Assembly: GCA_038087875.1 (NCBI GenBank)
Contig: CM075997.1
Coordinates: forward strand, 8,186,001 to 8,250,000
Direction of reading: 5' to 3'
Source: Malacoraja senta
Taxonomy: Eukaryota
Length of the DNA: 64,000 nucleotides
Shown here: piece after piece, positions 11,721-22,647 of the stretch
Layout: each line of letters starts with the position of its first letter
Position numbering within the stretch: position 1 is the stretch's first letter
Notes under the pieces: generated by a model
What the model saw: only the letters and a program-made list of their open reading frames with translations
What the model was told of the DNA's origin: nothing
Database searches by the model: none
Translations under genes and position numbers: made by a program

Positions 11721-13287
11721 ACATAGATACATATACATAGAAAATAGGTGCAGGAGTAGGCCATTCGGCCCTTCGAGCCTGCACCGCCATTCAATATGAT
11801 CATGGCTGATCATCCAACTCAGTATCCCGTACCTGCCTTCTCTCCATACCCCCTGATCCCCTTAGCCACAAGGGCCACATCTAACTCCCTCTTAAATATA
11901 GCCAATGAACTGGCCTCAACTACCCTCTGTGGCAGAGAGTTCCAGAGATTCACCACTCTCTGTGTGAAAAAGTTTTTCCTCATCTCGGTCTTAAAGGATT
12001 TCCCCCTTATCCTTAAGCTGTGACCCCTTGTCCTGGACTTCCCCAACATCGGAAACAATCTTCCTGCATCTAGCCTGTCCAACCCCATAAGAATTGTGTA
12101 CGTTTCTATAAGATCCACTCTCTCAACCTCCTAAATTCTAGCGAGTATAAGCCAAGTCTATCCAGTCTTTCTTCATATGAAAGTCCTGACATCCCAGGAA
12201 TCAGTCTGGTGAACCTTCTCTGCACTCCCTCTATGGCTATAATGTCCTTCCTCAGATTTGGAGACCAAAACTGTACGCAATACTCCAGGTGTGGTCTCAC
12301 CAAGACCCTGTACAACTGCAGTAGAACCTCCCTGCTCCTATACTCAAATCATTTTGCTATGAAAGCTAACATACCATTCGCTTTCTTCACTGCCTGCTGC
12401 ACCTGCATGCCTACTTTCAATGACTGGTGTACCATTTCCTAATCGGCCACCATTTAGATAATAGTCTGCTTTCCTGTTTTTGCCACCAAAGTGGATAACC
12501 TCACATTTATCCACATTATACTGCATCTGCCACACATTTGCCCACTCACCCAGCCTATCCAAGTCACCTTGCAGTCTCGTAGCATCCTCCTCACAGCTAA
12601 CACTGGCCCCCAGCTTAGTGTCATCCGCAAACTTGGAGATGTTGCCTTCAATTCCCTCATCCAGCTCATTAATATAAATTGTAAATAGCTGGGGTCCCAG
12701 CACTGAGCCTTGCGGTACCCCACTAGTCACTGCCTGCCATTGTGAAAAGGACCCGTTTACTCCTACTCTTTGCTTCCTGTTTGCCAGCCAGATCTCTATC
12801 CACTTCAATACTAAACCCCCAATACCGTGTGCTTTAAGTTTGTATACTAATCTCTTATGTGGTACCTTGTCGAAAGCCTTCTGAAAGTCCAGATACAACA
12901 CATCCACTGGTTCTCCCATATCCACTCTACTAGTTACATCCTCGAAAAATTCTATAAGATTCGTCAGACATGATTTACCTTTCGTAAATCCATGCTGACT
13001 TTGTCCAATGATTTCACCACTTTCCAAATGTGCTGCTATCCCATCTTTAATAAGTGACTCTAGCAGTTTCCCCACTACTGATGTTAGACTAACTGGTCTG
13101 TAATTCCCCGTTTTCTCTCTCCCTCTTAAAAAGTGGGGTTACGTTTGCTACCCTCCAATCCTCAGGAACTACTCCAGAATCTAAAGAGTTTTGTAAAATT
13201 ATCACTAATGCATCCACTATTTCTGGAGCTACTTCCTTAAGTACTCTGGGATGCAGCCTATCTGGCCCTGGTGATTCATCGGCCTTT

Positions 13288-16200
13288 TTTTTTTTTTATT
13301 TTTTTTTTTTTTTTTTATTTTTTATTTTTTAGAAGTACGGTAGATTACAGTAATGTACAACACGTATATATTAATACATTTTTTGTACCGCTTCACTTTT
13401 TTAAACTTTAAGAAAGAAAAAGAAAGAAGTAAGAAAAGTGAAGAAAGTGCACAAAGGTTGTGAAGTGCAAAAGAGTGTTGGGAAAAGAAAGCCCCTTAGA
13501 AAAGAAGTTAGAGAAGGAAGTAAAGTTAGAAAATAGACCCTAGAAAAAAAAAGAGAAAGAAAGAAGGAACAATCGCTCTATTATAATTCTTATACCATAC
13601 TTCGTAGAGAAGGAACTACCAACCAAGTCTCTTTTTATTTTACCTCCCATTACCAGGTCCAGATACCTTTTATTTATTTATTTGTTTTTCTAAATTACTA
13701 TTGCACCTCATGCTTGTAATAGGTCCAAAAACGTAGACCACGTCTTTTGAAATTGATCTACTTTGCCTACTAGGAGGAATCTCATCTCTTCCAGATGTAA
13801 TGTTTCCAACATATTTGATGTCCACATTTTTATTGTTGGTGTGGGTGCATTTTTCCAGAATTTAAGTATAAGCTTTTTTCCCATTATTAGCCCATAATTG
13901 AGTAAATTCTTCTGATACACGTTTAATTCAGGAATACCTTCCGATATTCCAAAAATAATCCATTCTGGTTTTGGTACCAGTTTTATTTTGATTAATTTTG
14001 AAAAAATATCAAATATTTCAAACCAGAATTTTTGGATTTTTGTACAAAAAACAAAAGAATGTGCTATGGTAGCTTCTTGACATATACATTTATCACAGAT
14101 TGGTGAGACGTTAGGAAAGATTTTATTTAGTTTGGTTTTTGAATAATATAATCTATGTAATGTTTTAAATTGGATAAGCGTATGTCGTACGTTGATCGAG
14201 CATTTATGCACCTGTAATAAATGATTATCCCAACTCTCTTTTGAAATTTTTATACCTAGATCTTGTTCCCAATCTCTTCTAATTCCATCTGTTGTGGGTA
14301 TTTCTATATTTAAGATGATATTATATAAGTATGATATTAAATTAACTGATTCCGCCTTTGTCTTCATTGCTTCATCTAGTAAGTCGGAAGGCATATTATA
14401 ATAATCTTTTGTGTGTGTTTTCAAATAGTCACAGATTTGTAGATATTTAAAATATTGATTATTTTTCAAATTATATTTCAGTTGTAGTTGTTGGAATGAT
14501 AGTAATTTTTCTAATTCATACAGATCTTCGAGCGTTTTAATTCCCATTCTTTCCCATTGTATAAATGCTTTATCTATGATTGAAGGTTTAAACGATGGGT
14601 TATTGACTATTGGTATTAAGAGAGATAGGTTTCTTAATTTTAGATTCTGTTTTATTTGCTTCCATGTTCTAATAGTGCTATATATAATTGGATTTTTATT
14701 ATAATTTTTATTATTCAAATTTATTGGAGAGAGAATAATCGCTCCTATATTATTCGGGGAGCAATCCCCTTTTTCCATTATAATCCAGTCCACCTGCTGG
14801 GCAGAATTGTCCAGCAGGTGAATCATATTTTTAATATTTACTGCCCAGTTATAATACATAAAGTTAGGGAGCGCTAGACCCCCCAACTCTTTTCGTTTGT
14901 TAAGGTGTGTTCTTTGTATTCTGTGGGATTTGTAATCCCATATAAAATTTGTAATGTCTGAGTCCAGTTTTTTGAAAAACTTTTTTGGGAGATATATAGG
15001 TATTGATTGAAATAGGTAAAGGATTTGTGGCAAGAAAATCATTTTTAGAGCATTTATCCTACCTATTAAGGACATCGGAAGTGTTTTCCAAAATTTAATC
15101 AGATTATTTAATTTCTTAAGTAGGGGATTATAATTAGCTTTAAACATATCATGGTAATTTCTAGTAATCTCAATTCCTAAATATTTGAATTTTTCCATAG
15201 CTATTTTAAAAGGGAATTTCCTGAGATGTGTTGAGTCTTTTGGTTTAATCGACATAATTTCACTTTTGTTCCAATTTATTCTATATCCTGAAAAGGATCC
15301 AAAGTCCTCAATTAAGTTTAATATATTTGGTATACTAATTTGTGGTTTTGTGATGTACAGTAGTACATCATCAGCATATAGGGATAGTTTGTTGTTTGAA
15401 TATTTTGTGTTATAACCGTGAATATTCGAGTGTGTTCTTATTTTTTCAGCAAGGGGTTCAATTACCAAAGCAAATAACAGCGGTGATAGTGAACATCCTT
15501 GTCTGTTGCCCCTAGATAATTCGAATTTTGAAGATAATATATTATTAGTTAGTATTCTAGCCGTAGGTTTGTTATATAGTAGTTTTATCCATGCAATAAA
15601 GTTTTCTCCCAATTGGAATTTTTGCAATACTTTGATCATATAGTCCCATTCTACTTGATCAAACGCTTTTTCTGCGTCCAGTGAGATGATAGCTAACTCT
15701 TGGTCATCAGATTTATGTGAATGCATTATGTTAAGCAAACGTCTCAAATTATTAAATGAGTGTCTCTTAGGTATAAATCCTGTTTGATCCTCATGTATTA
15801 GTCTACTAACATACTTGCTTAATCTATTGGCTAATGTTTTTGCTATTATTTTCTGATCCGTATTTAACAAAGCAATAGCTCTATATGATCCTGGTTCTTC
15901 TATATTTTTATCTTTTTTAAGTATTAATATGATCGTTGATTCCGCTAGTGTTTCAGGTAGGTTTTGCTCTTTATAAGCATATGTATACATTTTTTGTAAT
16001 CGTGGAGTAACTATATCATAAAAAGATTTATAAAATTCATTACTGAATCCGTCTGGTCCTGGTGTTTTTCCATTTTTTAGTGTTTTTATTGTGTCTTCTA
16101 TCTCCTTAGAAGTAATTTGTGCTCCCAGTTCCTCTTGTTCCCTGCGTTCTAATTGTGGTAGATTACAATTATCTAAAAATTCTGAGATTTTATTATTGTC

Positions 16201-17937
16201 TATTGACGTTTTAGATGTGTATAGATTCTGGTAAAATTGAGCAAATCTTTTATTAATATCCTTGGGTAGTGTTAATACTTCCCCTCTATCTGATTTAATC
16301 TTTAATATTGCATTCTCTTTTTCCCGTTTTTTAAGTTGTCGTGCTAGAAGTTTGTGGGGTTTGTCCCCGAATTCGAAGTGTTCTTGTTTTGTGATTTGAA
16401 ATAATGTTATAACTTTCTCTGACAGTAATTTATTTAACTGAAATTTCAGTAGTAGTATTTTATTATGTTTATCCATAGTTGGGTCTTTAGCATTATCTAT
16501 ATCTAACTGTTTTATTTGATCTTCTAAGTGTCTTTGTTCATTCTTATTCTTTTTATTTTGATAAGCTTGAAATGAAATAATGACTCCTCTTATAAATGCT
16601 TTGAAGGATTCCCATAATAACGTGGGGGATATCTCTGGTGTATCATTTAACTCAAAAAATAGATCCATCTGTTTTTTTAGATAGATACTCCCTTGAGGGT
16701 CTTTTAAAATTTGTGAGTTAAACCTCCAGAACGGTTTATTCATAGACATTCCTTCTAGTTTTAGAACAAAAGTTAACGGAGAATGATCTGAGATCGCATT
16801 AATATGATATTTAGGATTCAGAGATTGCGAAATTAATTTTGTATCCACAAGAAAATAGTCTATCCGTGAATATGTTTTATGCACCATTGAATAAAACGAG
16901 TAATCCCTTCCCGTCGGGTTTGCAATCCTCCATACATCTGTTATATTTGTGTTTTCCATATATGTGTGTAAGAGTTCACTGGTTTTAGATTTCGTCTGAC
17001 CTTTTTGTTTTTGCATCGATTTATCTAAATAAGGATCTAAAACACAATTAAAATCTCCTCCGATTATAACATTTTGATAATTAGATTCTGCAATTATATT
17101 CAGAATTTTATTAAAAAATTGAGGGTTATCAAAGTTGGGCGCATATATGTTTACCAGCGTAATTGGCATATTATTGATCTCCCCTGCTACTATAAGATAT
17201 CTCCCTTCCTTATCTAAAATAGTGTTCTTTGATTTAAATGGAATTCCTTTACGAATAATAATTGCAGTACCTCTAGATTTGGAGGTAAATGAAGAGTGAA
17301 ATGTTTGGCCTATCCAGTTCGCCCTCAGTCTTGTCTGATCTTGCTGTTTAAGATGTGTTTCCTGTAGAAACGCAATGTCCGTGTTGTATGATTTCAACTG
17401 AGCTAGTATCTTGCCCCTTTTAATAGGTTCATTAATCCCCCTTATATTCCAACTACATAATGTGATTCCTCCTATTTTCTTTTGATTGTCGTCATGCATT
17501 TTTACCAGTTTTAATGACCTTAATTATTGTGGTGCGTTCATACCTCCGGACTCTGGTTATTTTGGGAGTATTTCTATTATAGACTTCCTTGGTAGTTCTC
17601 CTGCGCGATTGTCCTTGAAGAAAAAACACACAGATGTGACATATTGTGATTAAAAAAAATATATATAAATCAAATAAATTTACGGTGTCTAAAATTTCAA
17701 CACCGTAGTGAGTGGCCCACTCGTCTGTGGGGTACGACATCCATAACGCTTCCGGCGTAGTTGGTATAAAGTTAGCCCCGCTGTATTTATTACCCAAAAT
17801 CTATGGGGTCATTACCGTTTCCAATTCAGTTCTATTTCACCCAGTTACAATTTATATATGTGTCAAATGTATTCGATTCCATATCCTACTCACTCTTTAT
17901 CTCTTAACTATTTTAAAATGAATTTAGTATTGTTAAA
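13288..17937 (-). mobile_element. Young L1-clade LINE, 5'-truncated upstream of ORF2, with poly(A) tail and 17-bp TSD
   Basis: GTGATTCATCGGCCTTT occurs at 13271-13287 and 17938-17954. A T-rich tract (poly(A) on the minus strand) spans ~13285-13330. The site CTTT/AA fits the L1 endonuclease preference. Confidence 0.95.
13708..17499 (-). CDS. L1 ORF2p: APE endonuclease, reverse transcriptase, C-terminal CCHC (1263 aa, uninterrupted)
   Basis: APE motifs WNIRG, LQETH, NIYAPN, GGDFN, RIDYF, SDH. RT motifs PGPDG, LDAEKAFD, QGCSLSP, YADD. C-terminal CDKC-x8-HSFVFC. Confidence 0.95.
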   Translation of the reverse strand: MHDDNQKKIGGITLCSWNIRGINEPIKRGKILAQLKSYNTDIAFLQETHLKQQDQTRLRANWIGQTFHSSFTSKSRGTAIIIRKGIPFKSKNTILDKEGRYLIVAGEINNMPITLVNIYAPNFDNPQFFNKILNIIAESNYQNVIIGGDFNCVLDPYLDKSMQKQKGQTKSKTSELLHTYMENTNITDVWRIANPTGRDYSFYSMVHKTYSRIDYFLVDTKLISQSLNPKYHINAISDHSPLTFVLKLEGMSMNKPFWRFNSQILKDPQGSIYLKKQMDLFFELNDTPEISPTLLWESFKAFIRGVIISFQAYQNKKNKNEQRHLEDQIKQLDIDNAKDPTMDKHNKILLLKFQLNKLLSEKVITLFQITKQEHFEFGDKPHKLLARQLKKREKENAILKIKSDRGEVLTLPKDINKRFAQFYQNLYTSKTSIDNNKISEFLDNCNLPQLERREQEELGAQITSKEIEDTIKTLKNGKTPGPDGFSNEFYKSFYDIVTPRLQKMYTYAYKEQNLPETLAESTIILILKKDKNIEEPGSYRAIALLNTDQKIIAKTLANRLSKYVSRLIHEDQTGFIPKRHSFNNLRRLLNIMHSHKSDDQELAIISLDAEKAFDQVEWDYMIKVLQKFQLGENFIAWIKLLYNKPTARILTNNILSSKFELSRGNRQGCSLSPLLFALVIEPLAEKIRTHSNIHGYNTKYSNNKLSLYADDVLLYITKPQISIPNILNLIEDFGSFSGYRINWNKSEIMSIKPKDSTHLRKFPFKIAMEKFKYLGIEITRNYHDMFKANYNPLLKKLNNLIKFWKTLPMSLIGRINALKMIFLPQILYLFQSIPIYLPKKFFKKLDSDITNFIWDYKSHRIQRTHLNKRKELGGLALPNFMYYNWAVNIKNMIHLLDNSAQQVDWIIMEKGDCSPNNIGAIILSPINLNNKNYNKNPIIYSTIRTWKQIKQNLKLRNLSLLIPIVNNPSFKPSIIDKAFIQWERMGIKTLEDLYELEKLLSFQQLQLKYNLKNNQYFKYLQICDYLKTHTKDYYNMPSDLLDEAMKTKAESVNLISYLYNIILNIEIPTTDGIRRDWEQDLGIKISKESWDNHLLQVHKCSINVRHTLIQFKTLHRLYYSKTKLNKIFPNVSPICDKCICQEATIAHSFVFCTKIQKFWFEIFDIFSKLIKIKLVPKPEWIIFGISEGIPELNVYQKNLLNYGLIMGKKLILKFWKNAPTPTIKMWTSNMLETLHLEEMRFLLVGKVDQFQKTWSTFLDLLQA

Positions 17938-19015
17938 GTGATTCATCGGCCTTTAATCCATTCAATTTACCCAACACCATTTCCCGACTAACCTGGATTT
18001 CACTCAGTTCCTCCATCTCCTTTGCCCGCCGCCCCCTGCTATTTCCGGCAGATTATTTATGTCTTCCTTAGTGAAGACGGATCCAAAGTAGTTATTCAAT
18101 TGGTCCGCCATATCCTTGTTCCCCATGATCAATTCACCTGTTTCTGACTGCAAGGGACCTACATTTGTTTTAACTAATCTCTTTCTCTTCACATATCTAT
18201 AAAAACTTTTGCAGTCAGTTTTTATGTTCCCTGCCAGTTTCCTTTCATAATCTATTTTCCCTTTCCTAATTAAGCCATTTGTCCTCCTCTGCCGGTCCCT
18301 GAATTTCTCCCAGTCCTCTGGTATGCTGCTTTTTCTGGTTAATTTGTACGCATCGTCTTTTGCTTTGATACTATCCCTGATTTCCCTTGTTATCCACGGA
18401 TGCACTACCTTCCCTGATTTATTCTTTTGCCAAACTGGGATGAACAATTTTTGTAGTTCATCCATGCAGTCTTTAAATGCCTTCCATTGCATATCCACCG
18501 TCAACCCTTTTAGAACTAATTGCCAGTCAATCTTGGCCAATTCACGTCTCATACCCTCAAAGTTACCTTTCTTTAAGTTCAGAACCGTTGTTTCTGAATT
18601 AACAATGTCACTCTCCATCCTAATGAAGAACTCAACCATATTATGGTCACTCTTGCCCAAGGGGGCACGCACAACAAGACTGCTAACTAACCCTTCCTCA
18701 TTACTCAATACCCAGTCTAGAATGGCCTGCTCTCTCGTTGGTTCCTCTACATGTTGGTTTAGATAACTATCCCGCATACATTCCAAGAAATCCTCTTCCT
18801 CAACACCCCTGCCAATTTGATTCACCCAATCTATATGTAGATTGAAGTCACCCAATATAACTGTTTTGCCTTTGTTGCACGCATTTCTAATTTCCTGTTT
18901 GATGCCATCCCCAACTTCACTACTACTGCTAGGTGGCCTGTACACAACACCCACCAGCGTTTTCTGCCCCTTAGTGTTTCGCAGCTCTACCCATACCGCA
19001 ACATTAACATACTCC

Positions 19016-19400
19016 ACACGAGGGGGAGTATGTTAATGTTGCGACAGGATGGAGGCAGAAAAATAGCGGTGCTGCGGGACATCGAGGAGGGCATATTGAG
19101 GGCCTCACATATGATGGTAGAGTGGAACCTCCGTTCCCTAAAGAGTGAGGACATCTCAGATGTCCTGGTATGGAAAACCTCATCTTGGGCACAGATGCGG
19201 CCTAAACGGACGAATTGGGAATAGGGGATATAGTCTGTGCAGGAGGGAGGATGGGGAGAAGTGTAGAGTAGATAGCTGTGGGATTCAAAAGGTTTATAAT
19301 AGATGTCAGTCGATAATCTATCTCATGTGATGGAGACGGGCGGATCAAGAAACCGTAAGGAAATGTCGGAGATGATCTAATTGAATTAGACCAAGTGATG
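19016..19400 (-). mobile_element. Penelope-like element, upstream part (RT C-terminal region)
   Basis: Minus-strand translation ...IPYSQFVRLGRICAQDEVFHTRTSEMSSLFRER...RNINILPLV continues into TTYHPISLPKQHII at ~11720. Confidence 0.75.
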
Positions 19401-19404
19401 TTGA

Positions 19405-22400
19405 CTAATATATTCTAATAGGGAACTGTACAAAAGGGACGGATTGCACCTTAACATGTGTGGGACCGGCATTCTGGAAGGCAGGTTTGCCACTGATACA
19501 CAGGTGGTTTTAAACTAAATAAGGGGGGGGGCGGGTGTCAAATGGGTTAGTCAAGGACGTAGTTAAATGGAAAGGGAGTAAAGGGATAGATACTGACCCA
19601 AGAATTAACGGTAAAGAAAGCTCACAAAGGGATAGGAGAGTATGGCTACGTGTGATAGGGGTCGATGTGAAAGGTAAGATGCGTAAGGAACGAAAACTAT
19701 TGTATGTGAATGCGCGAAGTATAAGAAGTAAAGTAGATGAGCTTGATGCTCTGTTAGAGGTTGGTAGATATGACATTGTGGGGATTACTGGCTGCTAGAG
19801 GATCGGGCATGGGAACATAATATTCAGGGGATACATCCTATAGAAAGGACAGGCAGGTGGGCAGAGGAGGGGAGGGGTAGCTCTGCTGGTGAGGGATGGA
19901 ATTCGGACCCTTGCGAGGGAAGACATGGGGACTGACGAGCTAGAATAACGGTGGATTGAGTTGAGGAATTGCAAAGACAAGGGGACACTAATTGGTGTTA
20001 TCTACAGACCCCCAAATAGTAGACCGGATGTAGGGTGTAAGTTGCAGCAGGAGTTAAATCTGGCCTGTAACAAAGGTAATGCCACTTTGCTGGGGGGGGG
20101 GGAGGGGGGATTTGAATATGCAGGTAGACTGTGAAAATCACGTTGGTTCAGGACCCAAAGAAAGAGAGTTTGTGGGGTGTCTACGAGATGGATTCCCAGA
20201 GCAGCTTGTAATGGAGCCTACCAGAGAAAAGGCAATTCTGGATTTAGTGTTGTGCTATGAACCAGATTTGGTAAAGAGAACTAGAGGTAAAGGAGGTGGT
20301 GATGATAATATGATTCGTTTTAATCGACAATTTGAGATGGAGAAGGCTAAAATCGGAAGTGTCATGATGCAGTTGAACAAAGGGGACTATGAAGGCAAGA
20401 GGAAGGAGCTAGCCAAGGTAGACTGGAAAGGGATCCTAGCAGCAATGTCGGTGCTACTACAATGGCAGGAATTTCTGGGCATAATCCGGAAAATGCAGGA
20501 TCATTTCATTCCAAAAAGGAATAAAGATTCTAACGGGAGTAGGAGGCAAACGTGGCTGACAAGAGAAGTTAAGGATAGAATAAAACTAAAAGAAAAGATG
20601 TATAACACAGCAAAGAGTAGCCGGAAGCCAGAGGATTGGGAAACATTCATAGGACAACAGAAGGAAACAACGCTGGCAATACGGGCTGAAAAGACGAAGT
20701 ACGAGGCGTAGCTGGTCAGGAATGTACAGAAGGACAGTAAAAGATTATTTAGATATGTTAAGGGAAAAAGAATAGCGAAGTCACATGTGGGTCCCTTGAA
20801 GGCAGACACGTGTGAAATTGTTATGAGGTACAAGGAAGGGCAGAAGAGTTGAACAGTTACTTCGGATCTGCCTTCACTAAGGAAGACACAAACAATCTCC
20901 CAGAAGTATTGTAGGACAGAGGATCTAAGGGGGTAGAGGAATTGAAATACATTTTCATTAGGCCAATAAATAGTATTGGGTAGGCTAATGGGAATGAAAG
21001 ATGATAAATCCCCTGGGCCTGATGGTCTGCATCCCAGGGTCCTCAGGGAGGTGACTCTCTAAATAGTGGACGCATTGGTGATCATTTTCCAATGTTCAAT
21101 AGATTCAGGATCAGTTCCTGTGGATTTGAGGATAGCTAATATTATCCCCCTTTTCAAGAAAGGAGCGAGAGATAAAATGGGGATTACAGACCAGTTAGCC
21201 TGACTTCGCTGGTGGGAAAATGCTGGAGTCAATTATTAAATAAGTAATAATGGGGCATTTGGGTAACAGTAAAAGGATTAGTCCAAGTCAGCACGGATTT
21301 ATGAAAGGAAAATCATGCTTGACTAATCTTCTGGAATTTTTGGAGGAGGTGACAAATAAAATGGATGAAGGGGAGCCGATGGATGTAGTGTATCTAGACT
21401 TTCAGAAAGCCTTTGATAATGTCCCGCACGGGAGACTGGTGATTAAAACTGGTGACTGGTGAGAACATGGTATTGCGGGTAGGGTCTTAACGTGGATAGA
21501 AAATTGGTTGGTTGACAGGAAGCGAAGAGTAGCAGTGAACGGTTCCTCTTGAGAATGGCAGGCAGTGGCGAGTGCAGTGCCGCAAGGCTCGGTGTTGGGG
21601 CCAATTGTTTACCATATATATTAATGATTTGGAAGAGGGAATTAGGAGCAACACTAGCAAGTTTGCGGATAACACAGAGCTGGGTGGCAGTGTGAACTGT
21701 GAAGAGTATGTTAGGAGGTTGCAGCGTGACCTGGACTGGTTGGGTGAGTGAGCAAATGGTTGGCAGATGCAGCATAATATAGATAAATATGAGGTTATCC
21801 ACTTTGGCGGCAAAAACGAGGGGGCAGATAATTATCTCAATGGGGTTAGGTTATGTAAAGGGGAGGTACATCGAGAACTGGGTCTCCTTGCACACCAGTC
21901 ACTGAAAGTTGGCGTGCAGGTGCAGCAGGCAGTGAAGAAAGCTAATGGAATGTTGGTCTTCATAACAAGAGAATTTCAGTATAGGAGAAGAGCAGTTCTT
22001 CGGCAGTTGTATAGGGCTCTGGTAAGACCACATCTGGAGTATTGTGTACTGTTTTGGGGAAGGACACCTGAGGCAGTGCAGCGTAGGTTCACCAGATTGA
22101 TCCCTGGGATGGCGGAACTGTCATAATGGAGAGATTGAAAAGACTAGGCTTGTATTCACTGGAGTTAAGAAGGACGAGGGGGGATCTTATAGAAACATAT
22201 AACATTATAAAATGACTGGACAAGCTAGATGCAGGAAAAGTGTTCCCAATGTTGGACGAGTCTAGAAACAGGGGCCACAGTCTTAGAATAAAGTGGAGGC
22301 CATGTAAGTCTGAGGTGAGAAAAAACTTTTCACCCAGAGAGTTGTGAATTTGTGGAATTGCTTGCCACAGAAGGCAGTGGAGGCCAAATCACTGGATGGA

Positions 22401-22447
22401 TTTAAGAGAGAGTTAAAACTTAGCGCTTGTGGAACCAAGGGATATGG
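19405..22447 (+). mobile_element. Degraded CR1 (end of ORF1 + ORF2), ending at the assembly gap
   Basis: LYVNARSIRSK...DIVGIT (19535-19798); ORF 20079-20711 APE/linker; [33 protein letters not shown]. Confidence 0.9.
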
Positions 22448-22647
22448 NNNNNNNNNNNNNNNNNNNNNNNNNNNNNNNNNNNNNNNNNNNNNNNNNNNNN
22501 NNNNNNNNNNNNNNNNNNNNNNNNNNNNNNNNNNNNNNNNNNNNNNNNNNNNNNNNNNNNNNNNNNNNNNNNNNNNNNNNNNNNNNNNNNNNNNNNNNNN
22601 NNNNNNNNNNNNNNNNNNNNNNNNNNNNNNNNNNNNNNNNNNNNNNN
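22448..22647. other. Assembly gap (200 N)
   Basis: Run of N; the flanks are different elements (CR1 on +, Rex1 on -). Confidence 1.

Larger units (their letters stand above)
11721..18996 (-). mobile_element. CR1 LINE inserted in the Penelope element and itself interrupted by L1 (segments 11721-13287 and 17955-18996)
   Basis: ORF 18004-19017 is APE (VVYRPP, LGDFN, GKSDH). ORF 12344-13075 is RT ([16 protein letters not shown]). ORF 11819-12118 is the C-terminus. Tail at 11721-11745. The sequence is contiguous across the L1 TSD. Confidence 0.95.

Noticed and set aside
17492..17797. 101-aa ORF overlapping the L1 ORF2 start, as a possible ORF1
   Set aside because: Too short, no coiled-coil or RRM character, AT-rich spacer composition; most likely a chance ORF.
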